This document shows, piece after piece, positions 14,493-27,331 of a stretch of 64,000 nt of DNA. The position numbers were made by a program, and so were the translations under genes. The notes beneath the pieces are model-generated. The model worked only from the letters and a program-made list of their open reading frames with translations, was not told where the DNA came from and did not search any database. Each line of letters opens with the position of its first letter. The stretch's first letter is position 1. The DNA comes from Ruditapes philippinarum (taxonomy: Eukaryota): assembly GCF_026571515.1 (NCBI RefSeq), contig NW_026862270.1, forward strand, positions 1 to 64,000, given 5' to 3'.

Positions 14493-15302
14493 ACAAGCAA
14501 TTATCATAGTATTGCAAGCAATCCATAAGTCCCCTACCGGTTAGAACCCCCATCAACATTCTGTTTTAAGCCTATTTGTTGCCAAGGCAACCAATATTTT
14601 TTCAGAATAGGAAGAAAAGATAAGATATGCATAATCTCCAGACTGCCATCTACCCTTATGTCAAGTTTCATAAAAATATTTCCATTACTTTTTGAGTTAT
14701 CACTGGATTCAGTTTATGTGTAAAATTTGCCATATTTTCAGTCTATTTGTTGTCATAGCAACCAGAATTTTCAACATAGGGAGAAAAGAAAAAGACTTGC
14801 ATAATCTCCATACTGCCATCTACCCATATTACAAGTTTCATAAAAATATTTCTATTACTTTTTGCGTTAACACTGGAACCAGTTTATGTGTAAAATTTGC
14901 CATATTTTCAGCCTATTTGTTGCCATAGCAACCAGAATTTTCAACATAGGAAGAAAAGAAAAAAACGTGCATAATCTCCAGACTGCCATCTACCCATATT
15001 TCAAGTTTCATAAAAATATTTCCAGTACTTTTTGCGTTATCACTGGATCCAGTTTATGTGTAAAATTTGCCATATTTTCAGCCTATTTGTTGCCGTGGCA
15101 ACCAGAATTTTCAACATAGGAAGAAAAGAAAAAGACGTCCATAATCTCCATACTGCCATCTATCCATATATCAAGTTTCATGAAAATATTTTCAGTACTT
15201 TTCAAGTTATCGCCGGATCCAGTTTTGTGGACGGTCTGACTGACAGACAGACGGACAGAGGGTAAACCTAAAGTCCCTTCCGGTAAACGGGTAGGGGACT
15301 AA
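14493..15302 (-). mobile_element. HINE with 170-bp tandem core
   Basis: ACAAG end; palindrome ATTGC-AA-GCAAT; subTIRs AGTCCCCTACC (14528-14538) and GGTAGGGGACT (15290-15300); cores spaced 170 bp; (GACA/GACG)n microsatellite. Confidence 0.85.
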
Positions 15303-15983
15303 TAAGACCTAAGATAGAATATATCATTTTAGACATTGAAACTTAATGACCTTAACTTTAATGATATATATTTATATAAATTACACACTTTAACAACAGG
15401 TATCAATCCCTTTATAGCTTTAAAATATAGCTTTCCATAAAAATGTAAATTTTAAGTAAAATTTAATAAATGGGTTCTGAAGACATCTGCAAAGTATTTG
15501 TGGCAATTAAAAACTAAAATTTCAAGGAGGACAAGCAGATTCTAATCTCAAAATGTATTATTGTAAGCCTGTTTACTTATAGCAAATATTGAAGAAAAAA
15601 GAAAATGAAAGACATTGCATTGTAAAGGAAATGCTTCAAGTTACACTGTGAGGTAGACATAAAAGAAACTATTGAACTGGTGATAATTAAATATATATCT
15701 TAAAGTGTTTGGACAAATTTTTACACCTTGATTTCCATGCGACTTCTAGGACAAAAGTATATTTGCATAGTATATACTTAAAAAAAATAAAAATGAAAGA
15801 AAAAGGGCTAACATTATTGACATGTCATCAAACTTTCGAAATGATTTTTCAGTATGAAAGTAAAGGACTATGGGATGGCATAATTATATAATATATTATG
15901 CAATAAGAATTAAGTCATTGGATGCAAGGGCATTCATGACATTGATTTTTAAAAAAAAATATAACCATGCCAGGGGGTTTAAA

Positions 15984-16955
15984 ACAAGAGCTGTCCGTAA
16001 GACAGCGCGCTCGACTTTTTTATTGCTTGCCAATAAAAAAAGTTTTTGCAGTAAAAGGCAATACAAGAATCTCTGTATTTTTAAAGTGAACTAGTTGTTT
16101 GATACCCTTGAATATTACAGCAATGTTTATATGACATAATTTATGGTAAAGTGAACAAGTGGATAGGAATGAATTTTTTTAGATTTTTTAAGTTTTTTAG
16201 TGCTTGCCTATAATACAAAACATTGACAGTTAAGGGCCATAATTCAAATAAAATCTTTGACAGAATTACCTTCTCCTGGACATGTTTGGGAATCATGATT
16301 GTAAACAAGTATTCCAACTTTCAAATTAATATCTCAAACAGTTCAGTCAAAAAGTGGACTGGTACTAAAAACTTAACCAAGATTCTAAGTCGATAAAAGG
16401 CCTTAATTTTTAAAACAAATCCTTGACAGAGTTACCTTCTCTTGCGTACAGATGGGGTAATGATGTGAAATAGCATTAAAAGTTTCAAAGCAATATCTCA
16501 AAGGGTTAAGGCAATAAGTGGATTTTACCCATATTCAATGTATTTTCTAAGTCAAAAAGGGGCATAATTCTGTCAAAAACCTTGACAGAGTTATGTCCTC
16601 TTGTCTGTTGATGAAGGTCGTGATGGTAAACAAGTATGGTCAGTTTCAAAGCAATACCTCCAATGGTTTTGAAATAAAGTGAGGTGGTACAAAAAACTTA
16701 ACCAAGCTCAATACACTTTCTAAGTCAAAAAAGGGCCATAATTCTGTCAAAAACCTTGACAGAGTTATGTACTCTTGTCTGTAGATGGAGGTTATGATGG
16801 TGAACAAGTATGGTAAGTTTCAAAGCCATACTTGTAATACTTCTGAAATAAAGTGGGGTGGTACGAAAAACTTAACCAAGGTGTGACGCCAACGCCGACG
16901 CCGACGCCGGGGCGAGTAGGATAGCTCCCCTTTTCATAGAAAAGTCGAGCTAAAA
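15984..16955 (-). mobile_element. HINE with degenerate ~170-bp core
   Basis: ACAAG end; palindrome GCTGTC..GACAGC; subTIRs GCTCGACTTTT (16009-16019) and AAAAGTCGAGC (16940-16950); (GACGCC)n microsatellite. Confidence 0.85.
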
Positions 16956-17078
16956 ATCATACATTTTATTATCTACAATGTAGCAATAAAGAATAACATA
17001 GAAATTAGTAATATTATGTTTACACAATATACAATGCTTTGGATTCTGTTATTTTTCCTTCCATAAAAGATTCATAGA

Positions 17079-17713
17079 CTAATGATTATTTTTGAATATT
17101 TGGCTTAATTCTGTGTTTAACAACACATTCAAATTTCCACCATTTGTACAAGTGTTTTGTAACAAGCAGTATTCCAAATACCAGGTGCTGTCTTGTTTTT
17201 GCACTGAGTAGGGTAGGATTTTGATTCTTTTGTTAAAATCTCCATAAGGCTTTTCAAATAGTTCCATTTTCAATGGGACAAATTGAGGTGTAATCTACAA
17301 AATAAGTTTCAAATGGATTAAAATTTAATGCATATTTCTTTAAATACATGACAGAACATGCATTCATACAATATTTCAACTTTTATTTATTCATTAACAT
17401 TATTAATGCAAAAATTAAAACAAAATGTGCTTTCCTAAAATTGATGAAGTACTTAAATTAAATAGTGTCTTTTATAATATATAAATTTTCATTTCTTTAT
17501 ACTTTGATAGTGTCTTTTAAAGATACACATTTCACTTCCCCTAAATTGGTCCGATCCCTTAATTGGTATTAATTTCAATACCAGAAACATAAAATTGCAG
17601 CCCCTGATGTGATATAATTTTCTATTCCCTCCTGACTGAGTTGAGTACCAAATGAAACCAATGATTTTCCTAATAAGTTCCAAGCAAAATCGTTCACAAT
17701 TCTTGTACACAGT
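17079..17713 (-). CDS. Candidate last two exons of an unidentified minus-strand gene (17713-17582 and 17294-17079)
   Basis: TATAG acceptor, 132-nt open exon, GTATTG donor, AT-rich 287-nt intron, TTTTGTAG acceptor, then a 216-nt open exon ending in TAG; phases are compatible (0/0). Peptide not recognised. Confidence 0.3.
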
Positions 17714-17723
17714 CTATATAACT

Positions 17724-20652
17724 ACAAGAAAAGCATTGATGCAAAGCATCAAAGGGCGTCCAAGCAAGAAATGCAGCAAGTGAAGATGAACTAGTACACA
17801 TATGATGACAAGATATTTTTATAAACTACCAGAAATGTATACCACTTATGAATAAGCGGACGAAAGACATTGTTCATTATGAACTTTGATTGGCATGCTA
17901 GAGATTAGAATATTACTTGTTATTTCTTTATGATCGTGGTTATTAATAGCAACGGATATACATGTATGCAATCATTTATAATCCATATGTGTAACGCATG
18001 ATCAACACGTACCACACATTTGTCCCTTATTATGTACATGTTATCGCTATTAGCGAAGACCCCCTTAAGGTATCTGTTCACACTTTAAGTTAGTAAAAAT
18101 ATGACACTGGTTATATTACCATATTGATCATGTTGAGCATAATTGTTTATTATACAATAATTGTAATATCTATTAATTTTAATTTAAAAAAATACAAATT
18201 TTATGAATATTGTTTTCTTTTATTCTTTTTTGTGTTTATGTGCTATTTTAATACTGAGTTTTTACTACTCTTTTTTATTAAAATTGTAAAATAAATTTTA
18301 AGAATTCAATTGTCATATTGACCGACGATTATAAGTCAAAGCTTAACTGGAAAAAGTCAGTAAATTATGGTTTATCTTTCAATACATAATATTGTTTATT
18401 CTTAAACCATGTACATGTACATTGTATTTTTCTTTATCATTTTTTAAATTATCGATCAATTGAATAATTCATAAAATCTAATTTGTAACTTTGAATAATT
18501 CCTCGGCATCTTTACTAAACACGGATAACAAATTGAATAATTAAATAAAATGTTTCAAAGTTGATAATGTCATTTTAATACCATAAAAAATGTACCTTTT
18601 TCTCAATTTATGTACATATTTATTGTTTTTAAGTCATATAGATAAAATGAAACATGCTATTGTTGTTTTTTTCTAATTGTAACGATATCAAACATCTACT
18701 CCAAAACCGGGAGAGACCGGACAATATAACGTGTGGTACTATTCGCCGGTCACTAGTAAATCCTGGTCAAAATAGACCGGGAGAGACCGGCATTTACCGA
18801 TAGGACTGATAAAAAGATATATCTATAAATAGGTTTTTGGAATATTTAGGTCATCAACTGATCATTCTAGGATACATGTACAACAATAACATACCATGAC
18901 ATGATAACCGACTGTGTACTACAAAATGATAAATAAACAAGAAACATGGCAATGCCATGAAACCAGGTTTTCAATTATCACCATTGTAGATAAATATGTT
19001 GTATTTGAAATACAAATACAAGCAACAAACAATGTAACTATGTGCAATGTAAAACATGAATAATGTAGGAGGAATTGCCACTGAAGAAGTGTTCACTATA
19101 ATATTATGTATAAGGAAAAAAACAAAGGGCCATAATTAGGTCAAAAACTATCCAATCACAAAACCCCGACAATATGTGCCAGGGTGCTTGATGACAAAGC
19201 TTCTGTGAAAGTTTGAACAAAATCCGTTGAGAAATGTAGGACGAGTTCAGCACAGAAGAATTTGTTCACTATAATTATATTGATAATTCTGTATAATGAA
19301 AAACAAGTTACAAAGTAGACATGAAATAATATATCATATCTTTTTAAATTACCTCCAAAAGATGATATGACCTTTGACTGCCAAATCAAGTTAAAATCAT
19401 GTAAACAGGATTTTCAATGTTAATGTCACTGTGACCTTGACCTTGGAGCCAGCCATGCGGAACATGCGTTCTGCACGTCATCTTGATGTGGTAAACATTT
19501 GTCTGAAGTTTCATCAAAATTCTTCAAAGGGTTGAAGAGTTACAGAGCGGACAGGATTTTCAATGTTAATGTCACTGTGACCTTGACCTTGGAGCCAGCC
19601 ATGCGGAACATGCGTTCTGCACGTCATCTTGATGTGGTAAACATTTGTCTGAAGTTTCATCAAAATTCTTCAAAGGGTTTGAAGAGTTACAGAGCGGACA
19701 GGATTTTCAATGTTAATGTCACTGTGACCTTGACCTTGGAGCCAGCCATGCGGAACATGCGTTCTGCACGTCATCTTGATGTGGTAAACATTTGTCTGAA
19801 GTTTCATCAAAAATTCTTCAAAGGGTTGAAGAGTTACAGAGCGGACAGGATTTCAATGTTAATGTCACTGTGACCTTGACCTTGGAGCCAGCCATGCGGA
19901 ACATGCGTTCTGCACGTCATCTTGATGTGGTAAACATTTGTCTGAAGTTTCATCAAAATTCTTCAAAGGGTTGAAGAGTTACAGAGCGGACACAATTTCG
20001 TTTGACGCCCGCCCGCCCATCCGCCAATGTCACTGTGACCTTGACCTTGGAGCCAGCCATGCGGAACATGCGTTCTGCACGTCATCTTGATGTGGTAAAC
20101 ATTTGTCTGAAGTTTCATCAAAATTCTTCAAAGGGTTGAAGAGTTACAGAGCGGACAGGATTTTCAAATGTTAATGTCACTGTGACCTTGACCTTGGAGC
20201 CAGCCATGCGGAACATGCGTTCTGCACGTCATCTTGATGTGGTAAACATTTGTCTGAAGTTTCATCAAAATTCTTCAAAGGGTTGAAGAGTTACAGAGCG
20301 GACACAATTTCGTTTGACGCCCGCCCATCCGCCCATCCCCCCATCCGCCCATCCGCCCGCCATACCCCAATCTAATAACCAGGATTTTCAAAATTGAAAA
20401 CCTGGTTAAAAACCCCGAAGAGCGCGATTTATTGACGGAAAAGGTTATTTCATTTGTAAATGTTTGCATTGCGAAAATTCATTGTAACATATCGCGACAT
20501 TTCATTCTTATTTAATAATCAAGCACCCTCATACCGATCGGAATTTTCGGCTTTTATTATGACCGACTAAAAGGCTCGAGAAGTTGCTGTCGCCCTTTCA
20601 CAAAATCTGATCTCATTCCATAAGAGCGCCGCGCTTCGGCGCGGACGCCAAT
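17724..20652 (-). mobile_element. Non-autonomous Helentron-like element, copy 1 (interrupted by a nested element)
   Basis: ACAAG end; palindrome TTGATGC-AAA-GCATCAA; subTIRs GGCGTCC and GGACGCC; GC-rich hairpin CCGCGCTTCGGCGCGG; colinear inverted copy at 47781-49325. Confidence 0.85.
18937..20410 (-). mobile_element. Nested HINE with near-identical 146-bp tandem core
   Basis: Palindrome CATGGC-AAT-GCCATG; subTIRs AACCAGGTTTTCAATT (18961-18976) and AATTGAAAACCTGGTT (20392-20407); six almost identical cores; (GCCC/ATCC)n microsatellite; absent from the copy at 47781-49325. Confidence 0.9.
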
Positions 20653-21480
20653 GAAGAAACTTGTACACAGACTATATAACTATTTATACACAATCTATAT
20701 AACTTTTTGTACCACAGTCTAGAATAACTATTTGTACACAGTCTATAACTGTAAATCTGCATGTAATAAAATTTAAAAATTGTAAAAATTATACTGAAAA
20801 TGACAAATACTCAAGTCAAAATGATGATTTAATATTGCCTCAGTTAAACTAAACCTGACCTGGCTTTTATGTTTCAAGTAATGCATTCAAACAACAGTAA
20901 TGATTTTAGATGGGAAAATATTTATACAAAAATGTAAAAGCATTCTTGTTTACTATCTAGTGAGCGGGGATAGCCCAGGGGTCAAGCTTCAATGAATGGT
21001 CAATAGCATTTATAGTAAACTATTTGTCAACAACTGTCCAAATATAGTAATGGAATAAAGTAACATGTAATCATTTCTTTTCAGGAGTTATTGAATTTTT
21101 AGTGAATCATTCGGAAATAATCAGTAATTTGAATAATTTTAATTATATAGAAGAAAAAGTGTTTTACAAATTCTTTGACACACCTAGACTAGTTTAACAG
21201 TAACTAATATCATTCCATATTAAACAGATTTAAAATAACTTTAATATGCAAAGAAAAATAGACTGCCCAATATCATAAATAAGAATGTTCTAAAAATCAT
21301 TCTAATTTGAGTAGAATTTTTCATAATGATCAAATTTTTTTTGCATAAATTGATGTATATCTATTTTAAATATTTCAACATTTAAAATTTGAAAACTTTA
21401 AAGAAAAAAAAAGATTGTCACTTATTTGTGACAGTAAAAGTTCATTCAGAAATCAATTAGATATAATCAATGGTCATGAA

Positions 21481-21549
21481 TAATGATGATGATAGTAGTA
21501 GTAGTTAGTAGTGGTATTGGTAGTAGTGGTAGTAGTAGTAGTAGTAGTA

Positions 21550-21594
<45 letters not shown>
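21481..21594. repeat. Compound trinucleotide microsatellite (TGA)n(TAG)n(TAA)n
   Basis: Seen directly. Confidence 0.95.
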
Positions 21595-21597
<3 letters not shown>

Positions 21598-21729
21598 CCA
21601 AAACAAATTTAACAAACTGGGAGCTAGTGGCCAATGTGACTTGTGGATTACGACTGCAACATACTTAAACCAAACCTTAAGATTAACAAATCAAATCAAC
21701 TGGAAGGAATTTTTTTCAGACTGCTCCAC

Positions 21730-21945
21730 AAAAATCTGTTTCAGGTCTTGCTACCTACCGGCCCCACACACACCATTTTTGTTTATTATTAACTGCAATT
21801 AGTTAACTTTTTTTGCCTTTTCAATATCTCAAATACAAAAAATCTGTTTCGGGTCTAGCTACCTGCTAAACCCCCCATACCATTTTTGTTTATTATTAAC
21901 TGCAATTAGTAAACTTTTTTTGCCTTTCCTATGTCTCAAATACTA
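21730..21945. repeat. Tandem duplication of about 108 bp
   Basis: AAAAATCTGTTTC...CTCAAATAC occurs twice. Confidence 0.8.
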
Positions 21946-22969
21946 CTATGTACAATATAATAATATCCATGTTTATGTACCCCAAAAATATACATAATAT
22001 ATTTATAAAAAGAAATCCAATCAATCAACTTTTTTTCTTTCAAATTCTTTTGCTCAGGAAACAAGATACTAATTTTTTCATGGAGCCCCTAGTACAGACA
22101 ATACAAAAAGCTAATTTTATTCATATTGGGTTTTTATTTTCTTTTGTGTCCTGTTTAAAAATTTAAATCTTACGTATAACTTTCTGACCTTTCCCATTGC
22201 CTCAAAGTTTTAACAATAATTACATTCAAACACACATTTCAGAAAAAAAAAAAACTATTTCTAATCCTTGAAGCTTAATTCTTTCTTAAGTAAAATAATA
22301 ATGAGTTTTGGAGCAGGTCCAAGACAGGATTTAATTTCTCCTTTAAAAGGACTTATGCATTGTAATTGACTAAAAGTTAAAGATATGTCGTGATCTTTAT
22401 GTTTAAATGAATATTAAGAGAGAACCTGTTCTTTTCATGGGTGGAATTTTTGTTTCTGGATTTTCGTTCAGCTGTGATTTGACATTGTTGCACTTTTTAC
22501 CATTTGGAATTTAAAACTATGTGGAATTTTTAAACAAAAAACTTCTTGTGAATGCCAGGATTTGCTAATCCAATAAAAGGTAAAAAGATAGGGAGTAGAA
22601 AGGAAAACTAAACTGATTTAACAAGTTCTTACAACTTAATTCATCATTTTCGAGTTCACTTCCTGGGACTTACCAGCACAGGGTCCATGAAGAAACTTGG
22701 TTGTGACCCGAGTAAAGGGTTCGGCTCAAACCCATGATCTCTGGGTTTACACCAGTTAACCACTATGCTACCACTTCCCTTACTCAATTCTTATTTAAGC
22801 TTCTCAGGAAGAATATTAAAGTATAGTTGGTAATCTCGGGAATAATGAGTATAAAATTCTCAAAATTAGTAACCTGTTTGAAAAATCATAATATATTTAC
22901 CAATGATATAATTATAAACACCCAAAGAATAAGTTCTAAAATCTTTCTTTAATTTAACCTTAAGTCTGA

Positions 22970-23118
22970 TGTCAGGGTCAAGCCGTTGTTTCCGTGAGCA
23001 AGAAACTTTACACTCATTGCTTTAAGTACTGGTTGGTTCCAAGGAACAGATTTGAGAGTATTTCAATAAACTTATAGTTTTCAACACAATCAAACTAAAA
23101 TAAATTTGTATAAACTAT
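22970..23118 (+). mobile_element. SINE fragment (CORE-SINE-like)
   Basis: TGAGCAAGAAACTTTACACTCATTGC...GTACTGGTTGGTTCCA motif; related copies at about 9890-9980 and 34845-34998. Confidence 0.55.
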
Positions 23119-26100
23119 AAACAGCAGATTCTAACCCTGTGGACCGTGCAGACCAAGATCGCCTGCCAGGTCTGTACGCACAATGTTGGCTATGTCGCAG
23201 TTAGTAAATATTTTGAAATTTTCCCTAAAAAATTATAAATGGTTTAATCTACATTTTTGTATATTGAAAAAGTCCATTTAATAAATTTAAAGTAGCCAGG
23301 ATTGAAATTCTTGAGAAAGGGTTAAAATTCTTGAGAATAGACTAAACTTGAAAAGCTATCCTCAGTTTATATATTTGTTTGTTCAAATTTCCTGATATTC
23401 ATGTATAAATGATGTGATGATGAACTTGTACAAAAAGTTTTAAAAAATCTTAACAATGAATGGTGTATTATATCTTTTTGAGAAAAAAAAATATCAAATG
23501 TATGGCTTTTCAACCAAATTTATGCAAATTTGGTATAATATTACTCAAAATATATGATGAGAAAATAAATCTAAGATATCTTTTCACTTTTAACAATTGA
23601 TGAGAGTATTTGATATTCAAGTAAGATAAATTGCATGATTATAAATTATATTCTCCTTAAAAAATGACATATAGATCATTCTAAAAACTTTGCAAAAACT
23701 TCAATTCAACAAAAAATCCATTTAAAATGTGACATAAAATGTAACATAAATAAATGGATTAATATTCGAGTTTCTGTATTTTTGCATTCATTACGTCAAA
23801 ACATCAATATATCATTTAAAATATCATCGTATTTAAACTATTTTGTAAATTTAATTTTTTTTCCTTTTCAATTCTGTTGCTAAGGCTGACTATTTGGAAA
23901 TCACCTAAATTTTAACGCATCATTACTCTCAAGCATCTTACCACCAAAACATCAAACAAAATGTAATATCTAATACACCATCATAATTTAAATTGCATAA
24001 ATGGGGAAAATCCTCATATAAAATTATGCAAGCATTCTATATGAGCTGTCTTTCAAACAGATAAAAAAAAGTTTAAAAAAAAGTAAAAAAAAAGAGTAAA
24101 AAACCCCCCAAAAAACCAGCAAGATCTGAGCTGATTTTATATGAAACATTTTGGTTAATCTTTTATCATCTAATCTCAAGATTAATGTCAAATATATTGT
24201 ATCTTGTTCTTTACAGATCAATGAGTTACATCAGTAAAGTATTAAAAATTCACTCCATTAAAAAAATGCATTTAAAAATGGCAAAACTATTCGCTGAACT
24301 ATTAATGAAATATGAAAAGTAGAGGAAATAAAAAACTGAAGTCATCAGTTTTATGTAAAAAATGAAAAATAAAGGTCTCATACTGTAACATTATTATTAT
24401 CTTTATTAGCTCCCAAATCTAATTTAATATCTCACTTTATATTCTTTTCATTGCAGATAAAAAAACACACACTTGTATGCTTACATTGACAGTGACCCAT
24501 AGCAGCTGGAAGGGATAAAAAGTGAAAAAAAAATTGTGGATTTTTTTTGGTATGACAAAACTATTGTAAAGGCGCAGATATACAGAAAATAAAAGATATG
24601 GATATTACATTGAGGGGGAGAGAAACATAATGGAGAAAGTGAACTTTATTCTCTGTTAAAACTGTTTGTTATGTTTCATTCAATGAACCATAAAAAGGTG
24701 TTAAATTTTTATTTTGTTTCCTTTATACACATGAACTATTCTGCTTAAGACATCAAGTTCGAATGGCTTAAAAATCCACTGAAAGAAACAGGAACTAACT
24801 TTGATCATGACTTTGGAGTTCTAACGTTTGCAGATCAAAACCTGCATATCAGCTTGACTGGGTGAACAAAATATATTTAAAAAAAAAAAAAAAAAAAAAA
24901 AAAACTAACAAAGTTTGAAAAAGATCAAAAAGTCAACATTATGTAAAAAAACCCAAAAAGTCAAGAAATTGAATAAGCGGGTAATATCAATCATTGTAAT
25001 GAATTACATACAAACACAATGGACATAAAAGAGATCAAACAATGAATATAAACTTGTAGATAAATAAGTACAGCTGTAGTAGGATCATTTACTGTGTGAC
25101 ATTATCCACTAATATCCGTGACCTGGCTGCGGATAATTGATCAGAAATCCAGCCGAGCAGAACATTTAATTTAGATATTAACTTATCGGGGAATGATAAC
25201 AGGCTTCAGATTTCTATCGTAAAAATATTACTGTGACTGTACATGGAATAAAATATGTAATTCTTTTGAAATTTTTAATAGTTAAATGTTACAAAAAACA
25301 TTTTGGATTTTTTGCACAAAATCACATAAAATTGAGTTTTATGAAAAACTGAAGGCTACGTTGATTTCTTTTGAGTGAGTCAGACGGTATAAGATAAAAC
25401 TTAAATTTGAACAAGTTTTAGAGATATTTTAAGTTTCGAGTGACAATAAACAAAGTTATGTAGTAGTAGCATTGATAAGCCGGTCTTATTCAATGAAATA
25501 AAAATGTGACCTTTGAAATCGGCGGAAAAAAATGGGAAACTATATTGAAAAGGAACACATTAATGGATTAAGATAACTTTCAAAAGTAAAATTTTGAAAA
25601 ACACAGCAGTCTGAAGTGACTTGTAGCATTTGACTGTGATAAACAGGTTGTGTTCATACGAGATTTGAAGTGCGCTTAAGACAACTGTACAAATGTATGA
25701 TGTCAAAAGTTAATTTAGAATATGAAACAACAAATCAAAAGTTAAACATAACAATATCATTACATTAAATTAAGCTATTCAAGGAATGACTGGATACTAA
25801 GACTTTTGATCTATTCACATATGAAAGTAAGATTTCAAAAGGATATATTTGCTAATATAGTGGAAATCTTACGTTTCAATGGCTTTTAAATTAGCAATTT
25901 ATGCTGCACATGTAGCGAATGAACAGACTATTATGAAAGTTACATCTGATATAGATCATCAGTTCAAAGAATTCATCATACGACGAATAATTTAAAATAT
26001 CGAAATTCAAAGCTAAGCTGAAGGATATTATAAGGATATTAGAAATTTCGGAAAATCAGCAAAAATTATTGCATTAAAAAGTCAATTATCTGTATCACAA

Positions 26101-27331
26101 GCAAAGATATCATTATCAAAACGGAGAATTATGGAAATATTTTGTTCATTACGAGACGCATTTACTTATTTCAATCCATATTTTACACAATAAAGATCAA
26201 TTCAGACTCTCCATTGCGATTTTCAGTAACCAATTAGCCTAGATGGAAATTTTATATTACTATGGACTTCGTTGACCCATGAGGAATCGTGGACAATAGG
26301 TATCTAGAGTATTTACGTGAAATTTATCAAATACTCTATTGACCAGTTACCGTTGCTGGCGGAGGGGGAGACTATAGCTCACGGCACACTAGTTGAATGA
26401 TGTTCGCTCAACATTTTTTTTCTTCAGGAATTAATAACAAGTGTAATTGATTACGGGGGTTAAAAAAGTATAGCTTCGTCACAAACTTGAATGAAAGGTG
26501 ACATGAAATTTTTATTACATGTACGCAATAGGTAAAACAGATATCGGTAAATTGAGAGTAATGAATAAACCTTTTATACTTGAATATACAATATATTGTT
26601 AAAGCCGTCATTCTAAAGTGATAGTAATTATATAGCTGAAGAGATCGAGTGGATAAAAAAACAAATATTGGAAATAATTTTGACGGTCGCTTCCAATTTA
26701 TATTCACGACTTTTGTAAAGGAAGGTATATTGTATAATCAAATACTGTGCTTGAAAGTAACATAATAAGGACGGATAAGTAAATTCTAATTTAAATAAAT
26801 TTCATTTCAACACAAAGTTTGTTTGTAAATGAACACTAAAAAGTGGTAATTATAAGCAGACACCAAAGGAGTATACAGTTAAATGAGATGCCACATTCGA
26901 TAAAATCCAGTTTAGTATACATATAAAATCATCGAAGGTTGAAAAAGGCAAGTTAGTTTCTAACCAAGAGTTTATTTATGATTATAGAAAATAAGACAGA
27001 AAAGTAACACAAACAGGAAATCAGGGGTAATAAACAATGTTATGAATACAAATACCGGAGATGTGTATCTGGGAATTTAACACCCTGAACTAGTAAAGTA
27101 GGTTAATTTGACTCCATCAACTATAGCAAATTTGTGACAAGCGTTAGTAAATAAGTTCACTGAAAATGTCAATTTAAAAAGCTGCAATTTTTATCAGCAA
27201 GGAATAATAAAACTATGAAGGATTGGATTTTAAACAATGATAAAACTTGTTTAACACTAACACTATATTAAAACTGGATTAATTGGAATTTAATAGTAAT
27301 TTGCTTGCAATTTTAAAGGAAACAAATCACA

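Noticed and set aside
19499-19974. Repetitive 124-aa and 60-aa ORFs
   Set aside because: They are translations of 146-bp transposon cores.
21483-21668. Poly-S/poly-N ORF
   Set aside because: Trinucleotide microsatellite.
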